A stretch of DNA of 64,000 nt from Camelus ferus. Taxonomy: Eukaryota. A model generated the notes under the pieces. The model ran no database searches, was not told the origin of the DNA, and saw only the letters and a program-made list of their open reading frames with translations. Positions 38,881 to 49,578 of this stretch are shown here, in pieces. The stretch lies in contig NC_045697.1 of assembly GCF_009834535.1 (NCBI RefSeq), forward strand, positions 49,292,001-49,356,000, in the 5' to 3' direction. The translations under genes and the position numbers were made by a program. Position 1 is the stretch's first letter; every line of letters begins with the position of its first letter.

Positions 38881-39245
38881 TGTTAAATGGTAAACTGAGG
38901 CACGTACATTGAAATTTTTCAGAAGTTTATTTGAGCATACATTAATTCAAATCCAGCAGTGCCAAACTAAAGGTGATTAGAAACACTCCAATGACAGGCT
39001 CTACAGGAGAGGTTTTTATAGAGAAAAAGTGGGAGTAAAGCAAGGAGATTATCTGATTGGCTATAATTTAAGCCGTTGCTTTACTTAGGAAAGCCTACTT
39101 GGTTGGTTGTGATTGGTTGTCTTAAGTTTCATTTTCTCAGATTCAAGAGTACTGACTCTGGTTTAGGTTTTGGTTTGCTTGTGCAGATTGCCAAGGCATT
39201 AGAGCCACTGCAATCTAATGGTCTCCTTGTTTAATTACTTGAACA
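38881..39245 (-). mobile_element. Probable ERV solo LTR
   Basis: TG...CA ends. On the minus strand: CCAAT boxes, TATA (CTATAAAAA, about 39020-39012) and AATAAA (about 38930). Confidence 0.55.
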
Positions 39246-40944
39246 ATTAGGAATTATACTAAATATGTATGTTAATAAATTCAGGCCTTGCAGAGCAATT
39301 ATATTTCCTGATGACTAATCAGTATAAATTAATGAAATGCACGTGGATCCATGTTGTCTCATCTATCTTTGTTGATGCTTGTCATTACTGAGAAGGAACA
39401 CTGATTAGAATAGGATAAAAGAGTCAATGTTATAAATTCTAAAATAAGTGTAATAGTTATTCAGGAAAAGGAGAAATGACCTAGGGCTGTGGTGTGTTCA
39501 GGGAAGATCTGACAAAGAAAGGAGAATATGAAGTACTTGTCTGTTAAAGTAATTGAACTCTAAGTGAAATTCTTATTGAGGAACTTGTAGAAGTTCAGCC
39601 TGGCCAGAGAGCAAGAATCACAGAATCAGCATTGTAGACAAACACCATCCATATACACACAAAGACTTCTGTAAATAGCTCAACATATCTCTGAGACTAA
39701 GTAAAACAATTACTTAGCTTGGAGGGAAAGAATGGATTGAGATAGAAAATACCAGAAACATTACAATATCAAGTCACAGATCATTAGATACTGAAGTATC
39801 GCATACATGTTTTGGAATATAAAAACAAAACCTAATTAAATCAGAATTACACATTTTTGGGAAAACAGAAGTATAAGTAATAACATAATGTATACATCTA
39901 GCTAAATCACTGAAAATAAAAATTCACAATTAAAGTAACAACAAATAAATTTTCACAAATTACACAAGTAACCACAAAGCCTCATTAACAAATACCACAA
40001 ATACCTGAGGAGAAAAGTAAGACAGAAAATATCCACAATGGCAGACACTATACTATGAGTTGAAATATTAGAGCACAATTTTCAACTGGGAGCACTAACA
40101 TCACTCCTACCAGCAAGTACATTTCAATCTTGGAGTGAGTAGCAAATACAGTTTCAAATCCCCAATCTTGTAATTTTAAAAACAAAACAGTAACAACTAT
40201 TATTTTTGTAATAAAAACTACAAAAAACAAAGTTTATACAATCCTCTTGGCTCGCAGGAATTCTCAGAAGGTAGAATTAAAAAATTTTGAGTAAGCCTTA
40301 GTATAAAAGCTATATATTAACATTTGCTTACTATGAACATAGTAGGCATTTTTTGTCTCAAAGGAAGTATATGTTTTATTTTAAAATCAAGTTTGAATTC
40401 TGTGGTACTATATAGTGCAATACAAAAGGGGCTCTTAGTTTCCAAAAGCTAAGTTTTGTTGCATTTGCTATTTCATCTGTTTCATGACTTGCAGATCCTC
40501 TTGATTCTGCAAGGTGGAAATGAGGACATATTCAACCAGTTTAGATTCTGACTTGAGGTACCAATAAGTGGTGGGATCAGAAGGGAACAGTTATTAGGCT
40601 GTTGGCACTGACATGTAAACAATGAACAAAATATTTACTTGTTTCTAGTATAAATTAAATATATATTGCAAAGGATAAAATCTAATTTCCTCATTTTGAG
40701 AGAAGAAATCCGAAAGTAATTTTTGGTATTCAGCTTTGACTCACGCCTCAAAAATAACTTCCTGAAACTTACTTGAATAAAATTTATCCTAGCATACATG
40801 AACAGACTTTGTCTGTCATTCTACTTCTTCTAATCTATATTTAGAGAGATACATCAAGTCACTAGCTGACCAAATGAGATAATGAAACAAATTTCAGTAA
40901 TCACACATAACAAGAAATACCCACTTTGCAAAAATATTTGGTAA

Positions 40945-42060
40945 AGTCACAAATGGATGGTTCCAACCATCAACAAACAAAATTAACAATCTCTGAGAAA
41001 AGGGAGAATTACATTTCCAGAGGTCCTGTGTTATAATATTCAGAATGTCTGGTTTTCAACAACAACAAATAAAACATACAAAGAAACAGGAAAATAGAGC
41101 CTATTCAGAGGGAAAGAATAAATTGACAGAAAATCATCCCTGAGAAAACTCATTCACTGGACTTGCTAGACAAAGATGTTAAATCAACTGTCTTAAATAT
41201 GCTCAAATAGCTAAAGAAAACCATGTACAAAGAATATAAGAAAACTGGAGGAAATGATACATAAAGAAAATGAGAGTATCAATAAAGAGAGAGAAATTAT
41301 AAAAAGGACCCAAATATAAATTCTGGACCTCAAAAGTTAGGAACTGAAATGAAAAATTCACTAGAGGGGCTTACGAGCAGTTTTGACCAGCAGAAGAATG
41401 AATCAGCAAATTTGAAAATAGGACAACTGAAATTACTGAGTCTGAGAAGCAGGGGGAAAAAAAACCCAGAGCCTATGGGACCTATGGGATAACCATCATA
41501 TAAAGCAATATACTTATTATGCAAGTTCTAAAAGGAGGGGGGAAAAAAAGTAAGGGACAGAAAGTATATTCACAGAAATAATGGCTGAAAAATTCCCAAA
41601 TCTGATGGAATACATGAATGTACATATCCAAGAAACTCATGAACTTCAATCAGGATAAACTCTAAGATATACATAATAATCAAACTGTCAAGATTCAGAG
41701 ACAAAGAGAGAATCTTGAAAGCACTGAGAGAGAAGTGACTCATCATATACAAAGGATCCTCAATAAGATTAATAGTTGACTTCTCATCAGAAACCAAAGA
41801 GACCAGAAAGCAGCAGGATAACCTATTTTAAATGCTGAAACTAAAAACTTGTCAACTAAGAGTTCCACATCTGGCAAAACTATCCTTAAAGAACGAAGGA
41901 GAAATAAAGATATTTTCAGATAACAGAAGGTAAGGGAGTTCACTACCATTAGATTTGCCCTACAAGAAATGTTAAAGGGAGTCCTTCAGACTAAAATGAA
42001 AGGACACTAGGCAGTAAAATGAAACAGTATGAAAAAACAGAGAATACTGGTAAAGATGAC
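40945..42060 (+). mobile_element. Old L1M ORF1-region remnant
   Basis: Degraded ORF1: gaaataatggctgaaaaattcccaaat, agagagaatcttgaaagca, ccctacaagaaatgttaaagggagtccttcag. Confidence 0.8.
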
Positions 42061-43114
42061 ACCACAGTGAAGTAGAAAGAGGAGGAGGAAAAGGAGAAGA
42101 AAGGATGGAGGGAGAAGGACATGGAGGTGGAGACACCACCACCTAAGCTATACTGCTGGAGCAGCAGGCCACATGTAGGAGTCTTCAGGGGCCAGTTAAC
42201 AGCCTGGGCTATACTGCTGAAGAAAGAGGCCACATAGAGGAGGCCTGTGATGCCATTTTGGATATCCAGTCCAATAAAGCCTTCCGATGACTCTAGCACC
42301 AGCCACTATCTGATTGCAATGGAGAAAAATCACTATTTAACAAACTTTGGTGGGAGAGTTAGACATTAATTTGGAGATCAAGAAACTTAAATCCACACTT
42401 TATATTAGGCAATAATTCATAGTTTGAAACAATCAACAATGGAATATTTATATATTACAGAAATAAACAGAAGTCAGTATTTTATAACAATGAAAAACTC
42501 CTGAACAATTAAAAGTGAAAAACTTAGATAGGAAGAAACAATAAGCCTGATGATATTAAACACATGTGAGGATGTAGAGTCAATGAAACTCTCATTCACT
42601 GCTGGTGGAAGCATAAATGGTACAACTTCTTAAGCTGAATATACACACACTCTATGAACCAGCAAGTCCACTCCTAGTAATACGTATACTCAACAGAAAT
42701 GCATATACATGTGCACCAAAAGATATACACAAGAACATTCACAACAGTAATATTCATTTTAGCCTCACATGGGAAACAATCAAAATGTCCACCAACTGGA
42801 AAGATACCTTATGGTAAGCCATATAACAGAATACTGTAAGAGCAATTAAAATGAAATGATGACTCCTACTCACATGACATGGATGAATCTCACAAATATA
42901 ATATTTAGAAAAAGAAAAGAGACACTAAATACGATATACCATATAATGCCATTTATATAATTCAAAAATAGGCAAAACTCATCTATGATACAAATTATCT
43001 TTGGGAAAGAAGAGGATACTGTCATGCCATGGACACTCGGTGAAAATTCACTGAGCCATACTGGTGCACTCTTCTATAAATACACATTTTTTGTAATAGG
43101 TTGTAAATAGGTTA

Positions 43115-43497
43115 TGTTAGTTAGTTAGAGCTACCATAACAAAGTTCCATAGACCGAATGGTTTAAGCAACAGAAATTTATTTTCTCACAATACTAGAGA
43201 CTGGAAGTCCAAAATCAAGGAGTGAGCAAGGTTGGTTTCTTCTGAAACCTCTCTCCTTGGCTTGATGATGCCCGTCTTCTCCCTGTGTCTTCACATGGTC
43301 TTCTTTGTACATGTTTGTGTCCTAATCTCTTCTTATAAGGACATCAGTAATGATGGACTATGGACCATCTTAGTGACCTCATTTTAACTTAATTAGCTCT
43401 TTAAATACCCTATCTCTAAATACAGTCACATTCTGAAGCCTGGCAGTTAGAACTTCAACATATGAATTTTGGGGGACACAATTCAGCCCATATAACA
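43115..43497 (-). mobile_element. MLT1-type (MaLR) solo LTR inside an L1ME remnant
   Basis: Canonical MLT1 motifs: aacagaaatttattttctcaca, ctggaagtccaaaatcaagg, tgaattttgggggacacaattcagccc. Confidence 0.8.
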
Positions 43498-43632
43498 TGT
43501 GTTATACTTCAATAAAAATTATGCAAGAAATGAAGGCAAAAAATAGAAAAAGTACGTATTTTAACTGAAAACAGATTAAAATGTCCTATTCAAAACATGT
43601 AAAGAATTGACATACATTTATAAATTCAATAC

Positions 43633-45340
43633 CCTGACTCCACTTGACAAGTGATTTTGAAAAGGTAGAAGATTCAGATATTAAGCCAACACAAACTAAA
43701 AAGCTGATAAGTAAAAAAAAAAAAAAAAAAAGTGAAATAAACACTGACCTCAGGTACCAAGTTTCACATAGCAAACGAACAAACGTAAATATAAATGACA
43801 AGAGAATTGGGAAACTGGTACATCTACATACTGATAAGGCATTACAAAATTAGTCTAATCTTTCTGACAAGTAAACTGTCAAAGTGTTACAGAGGATATA
43901 AAAATGTTTCTAACCTTTGTCTCTAAACCTTTAAAGAAAGGAAATAGACCAAGAAAGTAAAATCTCTGAAAAAATAAGAGTATTTGAAACAACAGAAATA
44001 ACTACAATGCCCAGCACTGAGAATAGACAGACTACAAATATAAAAAAACATTTTTAAAACATATAAACTACATAGACACCAGGAAATGTTTGTGTAAAAT
44101 AAGATAAATGATATTGCTTAGTGACAAAAGTCAGATGTAGATAGGTGTATATGTGTATCTGTTTATGAATGTTCTCACGTGACTCCCTTAAGTAAAATCC
44201 TTCACTGTCTCCTCACCACATAGGGATTTACCAGGCCCTTCATCCTCTGGTTCCTGCTACATTTCTAGCCTCATTTCTCACCACTCCCGCATTATCACTC
44301 TACCCTGCACCCCTACCAAAGTTCTTGTAGTTTCTAAAATTTAGCATACTTTTTCATGCCTCCTGCTCAGAATGCCTCCCTGCCTTCCACCTTCTTCTAA
44401 TAACTGATTACAACCAACTCTCCCTTCCAGGTCTAATTTAAACAGCTGTGTTCAAGGCCATTAGTCAGAGCTGTGACCTTCTATGCACCTCACCTGTCTC
44501 CAATCCTGTATCATACCACTTCTACAGTAATTGGTAATTTACATGCTGCTTTCTCCTACTAAACTGTAAGCTTTTTGAGGGCAGAGATTACTGTTCATAT
44601 TAGTGTCCTAGAATGATCATAATAAAAGTGTGATGAATGAAATAAATGAATGATAAACAGTAAATGAAGAACAGATTTTTTTCTTGTAAAGTTACTTAGA
44701 AAAGCAATCTTACTGTAAATCATTTTAAGTGAACAGGGATATTTTAAACAAAAATATTTTCTTCCTTTTCAGGATAACTTTTTTCCAAGTTAGGCAGCAG
44801 TTTCTTAATAACTATGGTTATATTTTATCAGACTATAAGCTGAGTTGCCAAAGGACACAGAGCAAAAATGTTGTGTTACTGCCAGCATTCAGCTGCAGCT
44901 GTCCTTTAAAGTATGTAGTGATATTCCCTCTCAGGACAGTTTATTCACAGACTTAATCCAGTCGGTAAACTTTAGATAAAAAAAATTTAAACCAGGACGC
45001 CAGATATTAAGATCAATAAAGGAAGAACTTGTTCCTTTCTCTCTGTTACCTGAGATCCAGGCAGGACATGAAATTGCCCACCCACCACAAACATGATGTG
45101 CTTGCAGACAGCTTCCCATGCTATATTTTGTAAGGAAGGAACGACTCCCTGCATGGGGAGAAAAAGGGAAAGAAGAAAATTCAGAATGCTAAATAGGGGC
45201 TTCTGAGACTTTCAAGAAATAAACCCTTTTCAAGTCAGTATCCTTTAATATTAGCAATAGCTGTTGAGAGGAGGGGAAGTCCACACTGCAAGAAACTCAA
45301 AACAGGTCTGGGGTTTTCACTACGAGGGAAACTTCCCCTT
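43633..45340 (-). pseudogene. Decayed CXCL9/10-like chemokine gene (psi-A)
   Basis: kB sites at 45338-45326 and 45282-45273. Exon 1-like 45119-45050 (70 nt, phase 1, CAG|GTAACA). Exon 2-like 44839-44714 (126 nt, AG/GT, with stops). Exon 3-like 43703-43633 (phase 2, GLISESSTFSKSLVKWSQ). Confidence 0.6.
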
Positions 45341-45943
45341 TCAAAGTAAAAGGGAAGACTCAGATTTTCACTGCAGCAGGGTCACGCTGTGTACATAATT
45401 GAACCGGCTGCACTGGCTCCACAACCAAACAGAAGGAAGGAGGAGGCGGGCAAGCACATGTGAAAACAGAACCCCCGCTCTGCTCAGGAGGGTGACTTCA
45501 GCATTTGGTTCTTCAAGGACAGGAAGTGGGATTTTTCTCAAGGCAAATGAGGTTAAAACTTCATCCAAAGGGAACTGGGAATGATCTGTTGTTTTTAACA
45601 GGGCTGATAATCCTTGGCTCCCTTCCGAGGGCTGTGAGAACTGCCTGCAATGTCCTCCTCCTAGGTTTCTGTTTCTCCTAAAAGCCCTATCTAGCCATAA
45701 ACGCCACTTCAGTGGGATTTTTAGTCAGAAACGTGTTTCCTGTCAGAATTTTCGGGGCGGCTTCCCAAAGGAGGCCAAGGAAACGAGTGATGAACAGGCC
45801 TAACCTGAGGGCGGCGGGCCCAGCCTCCCCGCGCACAGACAGGCCAAACCTGTTCCACGCAGAGCGGTCCCATCGCTTGGCACAGCCTCCGTCCCGCTAG
45901 TAACCAGAGAAAGTTCTCCACTTGCCCATTAAAAAAAAAAACA

Positions 45944-45944
<1 letters not shown>

Positions 45945-45986
<42 letters not shown>
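45945..45986 (+). repeat. (AAC)14 microsatellite
   Basis: Perfect trinucleotide run flanked by A-tracts. Confidence 0.97.
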
Positions 45987-45988
<2 letters not shown>

Positions 45989-46305
45989 AAAAAACCACTC
46001 AGGCCTCGAGAGACTCGGAACAGACCCCAACTGCTCCTTCCTCTTGCCCAGAAGACCTTTGTGTCAGTCACTGCAGCCCAAGGCCGAACCACTCTCCTAA
46101 GCCTCGCGGAGCGGCCTCCGCCCAGGTGACCAGGCCCTTCCGAAGCCGTCGCGCCCACAGGTCTCAGCCCAAGCCTTGCGTGGAAACTGCGAGCCGGGGC
46201 CAGCTCGCGGCGTCCCCCGGGAAGCGCGGCCTCCTTCATCCTGGGAGACCGGTGTGGGGACATGCAGGAGCAGAGGGGAGAGATCCCGAGGCGCACAACC
46301 ATTAC

Positions 46306-46420
46306 CTTTACCCGCGACGAGCTTCTCGCCGGATCAGCGCAGGCAGCAGAGACACCCAGCAGAGGAACTAACCGCGTGAGCTGCTCTAGCTCCGACTACC
46401 GCTTCCCCAGTGAAGGTTCT
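46306..46420 (-). other. ART3: Putative non-coding first exon of the long ART3 isoform (5' boundary approximate)
   Basis: Minus-strand donor AAG|GTAATG at 46306/46305 just downstream of the NRF1-like motifs. The gene identity rests on synteny only; no ART3 coding exon is in this window. Confidence 0.5.
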
Positions 46421-47123
46421 GGAAGCGGGCTGGTTGGGCATGCGCAGTGCGCGCGCCCCGAAGAGCCCGGTAGCACCTCGCAGGCGCAGTGCGGAGCCAG
46501 GCCCAGAACCTTCATTCCCTGGCTTCTTCCCTCATTCCTGCGCGCGTGTTGACTGAGCGCCTGGTGGGTGCTCAGCACTGCGTTCAGTCGTGGACCCTCT
46601 TAAGCCTTCCTTGCTCTAGTGGCAGAAGAGATGTTAACCGTAATATTGCAGATAACATAACGTTGTCTAATGAGGACAGGTGGGCGGTGCCATGAGAACA
46701 CAGCATATGACCAAGTCTGGAGATCAGGGAAGTCTTCCCCGGGGTAAATGCCAACCAGGAAACCTAAGGTGAATATGATTAGATGTTAAGTAGCAAAGCC
46801 GGGACCTCCACCCTACCCGTGGTCAGTCATTACCAAAATTAAACATAACCAAATGAATAAGCTGTGTCAAAGGTTACCACACATTTTCTTCAAAAAAAAT
46901 TCATGATACTGTATTTAAGCATTAATAATTCATCTAGAAGCCAATCCAAAAAATGTACAACATGTAATAGACAATGCTAGTATCTGTTACAGCATGCATT
47001 CTCAATGGGGGGGTTGTCCTCAAAGGGACAAAAATTGGTTCTTGGAGGGCCAAAAAAATCTTAGATATTACAGTGACTTATGGACTACCAAAGTTCAACC
47101 CTGTCCAACAAATCTTATTTCTT

Positions 47124-47130
47124 TTAATTG

Positions 47131-47161
<31 letters not shown>

Positions 47162-47287
47162 GGCAGTGGGAAGGGGAGGTAACAAGGTTTGTTTGTTTGT
47201 TTGTTTAGGATGAGGTACTGGGGATTGAACCCAGGACCTTGTGGATGCTAAGCATGCACTCTACCACTTGAGCCATACCTTCCCCCT
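47124..47287 (-). mobile_element. tRNA-derived SINE (camelid Vic-1-like) with an 18-bp TSD
   Basis: On the minus strand: A box TGGCTCAAGTGG, B box GGTTCAATCCC, (AAAC)n and a poly(A) tail. Perfect TSD CAACAAATCTTATTTCTT at 47106-47123 and 47288-47305. Confidence 0.93.
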
Positions 47288-47827
47288 CAACAAATCTTAT
47301 TTCTTAATATTTTATTTTTCTCTTTAGGGAGAAATTAAATTTAATTTAGATTTATGTTACTTTAAATTTGATTAAGTTTATCTCAGGAAAGGCAATTGTG
47401 AAAAAAAAAGTTGAGAAAAATTATTCTACAGTAATGAAACCTCTAAATTTTAGTGGATCAACCAGAATAAAGATCACATTTCTTAACTTTCCCTGCAGCT
47501 AGTTGTGGCCATATGAATAAATTCTGGCCCATGGGAGGTGATGAAAGGTGATAGGAGGAAAATGAGAGAAACGCCCTTTTTTTTGCCTTCCCACCATCCT
47601 CTACTTGGAAAGTGCACATGGCGGCAAGCCCCCTTTGGCCATGTGCACGAGGGAAGCAATGAAGAGATGGTGATAAAGCAACAAGATAGAAGGAGACTGG
47701 GAGACTTAGTGGAGATCTCAGAACCACCATAAAAGCCCTAGTCACCTATCTCTGTCAGGGAGAAATACACTTCTGTCTAGTTAGCCACTATTAATTTGGA
47801 TCTTTGTTACATGCAGCTGATCACTTA

Positions 47828-48857
47828 CTCTTTTTTTATTTTATTGTGTTAAAAAAAATAAGTAGCATCAAATTTACCATGTTAACCATCACTAAGTGTA
47901 TAGTTCAGTAGTGTTCAGTATATTCACTTTGTTGTACAACAGATGTCTAGAACTTTTTCATTTGCAACACTCAAGCCCTATATCCACTAAAGATTAATTT
48001 CACCTCACCCTTTCCCCAATCTCTTGGCAACCACCTTTCTGCTTCCTAAGATTTGACTTTAGAAATCATAAATCCTATGATTATTTGTTCTCTTGTGATT
48101 TATTTTGCTGAGCATAATATTCTCAAGGCTCATCCATGCTGTAGCACGTGACAAGATTCCCTTCTTTTTAAAGGATGCATAATATTACATTGCATACATG
48201 TATCTCATTTTCTTTATCCATTCATCTGTCAATGGACATTTGGGTTGCTTCACTTCTTAGCTATTGTGAATAACGCTGCGATGAACGTGGGTGTGCAAAT
48301 ATCTCTTTGAGATCCTGCTTTGAATTCTTTTGAACATATCCCCAGAAGTGGGATTGTTGGATTCCATGGTAATTCTATTTTTAATTTTTTGAGGAACTTC
48401 TAATTTTCTCAGGAGCTTCTATATTGTTTTCCATAATGGCTGTATCATTTTATATTCGCACCAGCAATGCACAACGTTTCCAACTTTTCTACATCCTCCC
48501 CAACACTTGTCATTTTCTGTCTTTGGTTGTGTCATCCTGGTGCGTATGTGGTGATATCTCATTGTGATTTTGGTTTGCATTTCCCTAACGATTAGTGATG
48601 TTGAGCTTTTTTCGTGTGCTTATTGGCCATTTGTATATCTCCTTTAGAGAAATGTCTGTTCAAGTCTGCCCAATTTTTTTTAAATCGAGTTATTTGGGTT
48701 TTGTTGTTGTAGAAGTTCCATATATATAAACTCCTTTTCAGATCTGTGATTTGCAGTTATTTTTCTCCCATTCCTTAGGTTGCTTTTTCACTCTGTTGAT
48801 TGTTGTCTTTGATACATAGAAGTTTTTAAGTTTGATGTAGCACTAATTGTCTATTTT
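47828..48857 (-). mobile_element. L1MA-like 3' end inserted at the end of an MLT1-like LTR (about 47460-47825)
   Basis: Poly-T followed by reverse-complement L1 3'UTR and ORF2 end (atccattcatctgtcaatggacatttggg, tatctcattgtgattttggtttgcatttccct). Confidence 0.85.
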
Positions 48858-49151
48858 CAACTAATTTCAACTAATAATTTCTCTTATTCTAACTAATCTA
48901 ATCATATGAAAAATAAGCTGTAGTAGCAATGACATAAAAAACAAAATGAGTTTACCACAGTAGAAAATGATCTAGTCCCTGAGTTAAGTCCCTTTTAATG
49001 TATTTTGATTGTTTAAGATTGTTGTGTAGACAATATAAGAAAAAATAAATAAATGTAGCTATATAGTATATATAGGATAATCCAAGTATAGTAAAAACAA
49101 ATTAAAGAGTGTATTATTTATCTGAACTTTGGTATCTCCCATCTGGAAACC

Positions 49152-49255
49152 ACATCTCCAACAAGAGTTGGAGATGTATAAAATGTACACAATGTATACA
49201 ATGTATACAATGACAATGACATACAATATACATCTCCAACTCTTGTCATTGTATA
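49152..49255. repeat. Complex inverted repeat / templated insertion
   Basis: Perfect 20-bp inverted repeat at 49161-49180 and 49227-49246. The spacer is built from TATACAATG(ACAA) units. Confidence 0.9.
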
Positions 49256-49313
49256 ACTTATTCTTCATCCAGGTGAGCAGCTGTGAGTGTGCTAACGGCT
49301 GCCAGTGATAGTG

Positions 49314-49500
49314 ATTTCACATCCCTTATTTTAAATTACCCATTTATGTGAAATGGAAAGAGATAATGCATGCAGAAATTCCCTTGGATCTGAGAGTAGG
49401 GGTTTCCCCCAGCACAATTAAGTTTGTGGTTAGTTTAGCTGGATCAGCTAAGAATATCAGCCAATCAGAGTTTAGGAGGAAAACAGATTTCCTAAATAAA
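49314..49500 (+). promoter_or_regulatory. CXCL9 proximal promoter (gamma-RE, two kB sites, CCAAT, TATA-like)
   Basis: Palindromic ATTTCACAT...ATGTGAAAT at 49314-49354 (Mig gamma-RE architecture), AGAAATTCCC at 49374-49383, GGGGTTTCCC at 49399-49408, CCAAT at 49461 and TAAATAAA at 49493-49500. Confidence 0.88.
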
Positions 49501-49578
49501 TATGATTTCTAAGAGCATGTTCTCCAAAGGATTTCTCAGGCTTGAAATCCAATACAGGAGTGATTCCATTCTACCACT

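Larger units (their letters stand above)
45700..46600. promoter_or_regulatory. CpG-island promoter, probably the distal ART3 promoter
   Basis: The only non-repeat CpG-rich stretch in the window. NRF1-like GCATGCGCA at 46438-46446 and CGCAGGCGCA at 46479-46488. Its position about 3 kb upstream of CXCL9 matches the human arrangement as recalled. Confidence 0.75.

Noticed and set aside
44740..44810. Alternative frame NCCLTW in the psi-A exon 2, suggesting a CC chemokine
   Set aside because: It is out of phase with the acceptor. Exon size, promoter layout and exon 3 fit a CXC gene better, though a CC gene is not fully excluded.
45721..46371. Poly-Cys (193 aa) and poly-Thr (149 aa) ORFs
   Set aside because: Artefacts of the (AAC)n microsatellite within a CpG island.
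47200..47287. tRNA-like sequence
   Set aside because: It is the head of a SINE, with a tail and TSD, not a tRNA gene.
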